Positions 37,151-37,804 of a stretch of DNA of 37,804 nt are shown here, one piece after another (the stretch's first letter is position 1; each line of letters starts with the position of its first letter). A program made the position numbers and the translations under genes. This DNA comes from a virus (lineage: Duplodnaviria; Caudoviricetes), in the IMG/VR virus record IMGVR_UViG_3300016657_000052, positions 1 through 37,804 of that record; one strand, given 5' to 3'. A model generated the notes under the pieces. That model did not search any database. It was given only the letters and a program-made list of their open reading frames with translations, and was not told where the DNA came from.

Positions 37151-37507
37151 ATGACTCTATTGAAATTTTTGTGGCCGTTTATTTGGGAGGTTGTGTTAGG
37201 TAAGCAGACGTTTATCGAGGCTGTACAGACCAACAAACGTAAACTTGGTATTTTTTTCCTCATTATTGGCCTAATCTTTACCAATACCTGGACCCTGTCT
37301 CGTTTTATTCCAGTGGCTAAAGAATACAGCAGACTTAAAAAAGAATGCACTGCTCCATTTGTGGTTACATCTACTAAGGATACTCAACCTAAGGTGGAAT
37401 TGCCAAAACACCCACCTAGCCAAGTACCTACTGAAGATAGCAGCGATCAAGCTGTTAAAGACCAATTGATGCAAGCACTAACACACATCAACAGAACGGA
37501 GCATTAG
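37151..37507 (+). CDS. Membrane protein, putative i-spanin (Rz-like)
   Basis: Basic residues, then a TM segment (LGIFFLIIGLIFTNTWTL) and a periplasmic helical/Pro-rich tail with a Cys; directly upstream of a lipoprotein. Confidence 0.55.
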   Translation: MTLLKFLWPFIWEVVLGKQTFIEAVQTNKRKLGIFFLIIGLIFTNTWTLSRFIPVAKEYSRLKKECTAPFVVTSTKDTQPKVELPKHPPSQVPTEDSSDQAVKDQLMQALTHINRTEH

Positions 37508-37511
37508 TAAC

Positions 37512-37804
37512 ATGAAAGGAACGACATGGCTGAGTAGCCTTCTGTGCGTGGCGGCCATCTCGGCCGTTCTTTCATCCTGTACGGTGACAAATTTGAATTA
37601 CCGTTATAATGGAAGTCAACATCCAACTAATTGGAAGAACGTTGAACGCGCAGAATCTGTCCCGCCAATTAAACAACCAACCGCTAGAAGTATCCAGGAG
37701 CCTGCTCCTAAAGTAGCTAAGAAAATCATCGTAAAAGGTACTGGTTGTAAAGGAGTGCCGTTTCCAGAGCTTACTAAATTGCCAGATGTACCACTGCAAG
37801 AATT
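37512..37804 (+). CDS. Lipoprotein, putative o-spanin (Rz1-like), truncated by the window end
   Basis: Not in the ORF track. MKGTTWLSSLLCVAAISAVLSSC has an LSSC lipobox, followed by a Pro-rich mature region; open to the window end. Confidence 0.65.
   Translation, partial: MKGTTWLSSLLCVAAISAVLSSCTVTNLNYRYNGSQHPTNWKNVERAESVPPIKQPTARSIQEPAPKVAKKIIVKGTGCKGVPFPELTKLPDVPLQE

Overview
This window is part of a phiKZ-like (Chimalliviridae-type, nucleus-forming) jumbo phage genome. The gene set and order fit that group: three virion RNA polymerase subunit genes (large beta, beta' with DFDGD, small beta C-terminal piece), a ~2,200-aa tail-associated lysin/tape-measure-like protein, tail and baseplate proteins, a UvsX/RecA ATPase, an SbcC/Rad50 ATPase and a probable spanin pair. 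phiKZ gene-number homologies are from recalled motifs and synteny, not database searches, and the host cannot be determined. The main discovery is that the virion RNAP beta gene (6835 to <1, minus strand) is split by two group I self-splicing introns, 4903-2982 and 1536-897. Both obey the U|...G| splice rule and restore RKQRGD|LPIRK and DPKRV|NFIG. Each carries its ORF inside the P1 loop, clamped by a long-range stem that brings the internal guide sequence back to the 5' splice site. Intron 1 encodes a homing endonuclease with five zinc-finger repeats and a Vsr-like nuclease domain. Intron 2 encodes a nuclease-less NUMOD1-like mini-protein. Secondary observations: a swapped RNNNPGN lytic domain in the tail protein, a hairpin-flanked GT-B glycosyltransferase with altered catalytic motifs, a family of CATA/TATG-closed hairpins, a repeated promoter motif and a possible NADAR-like gene. 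No tRNA, rRNA or CRISPR array was seen.
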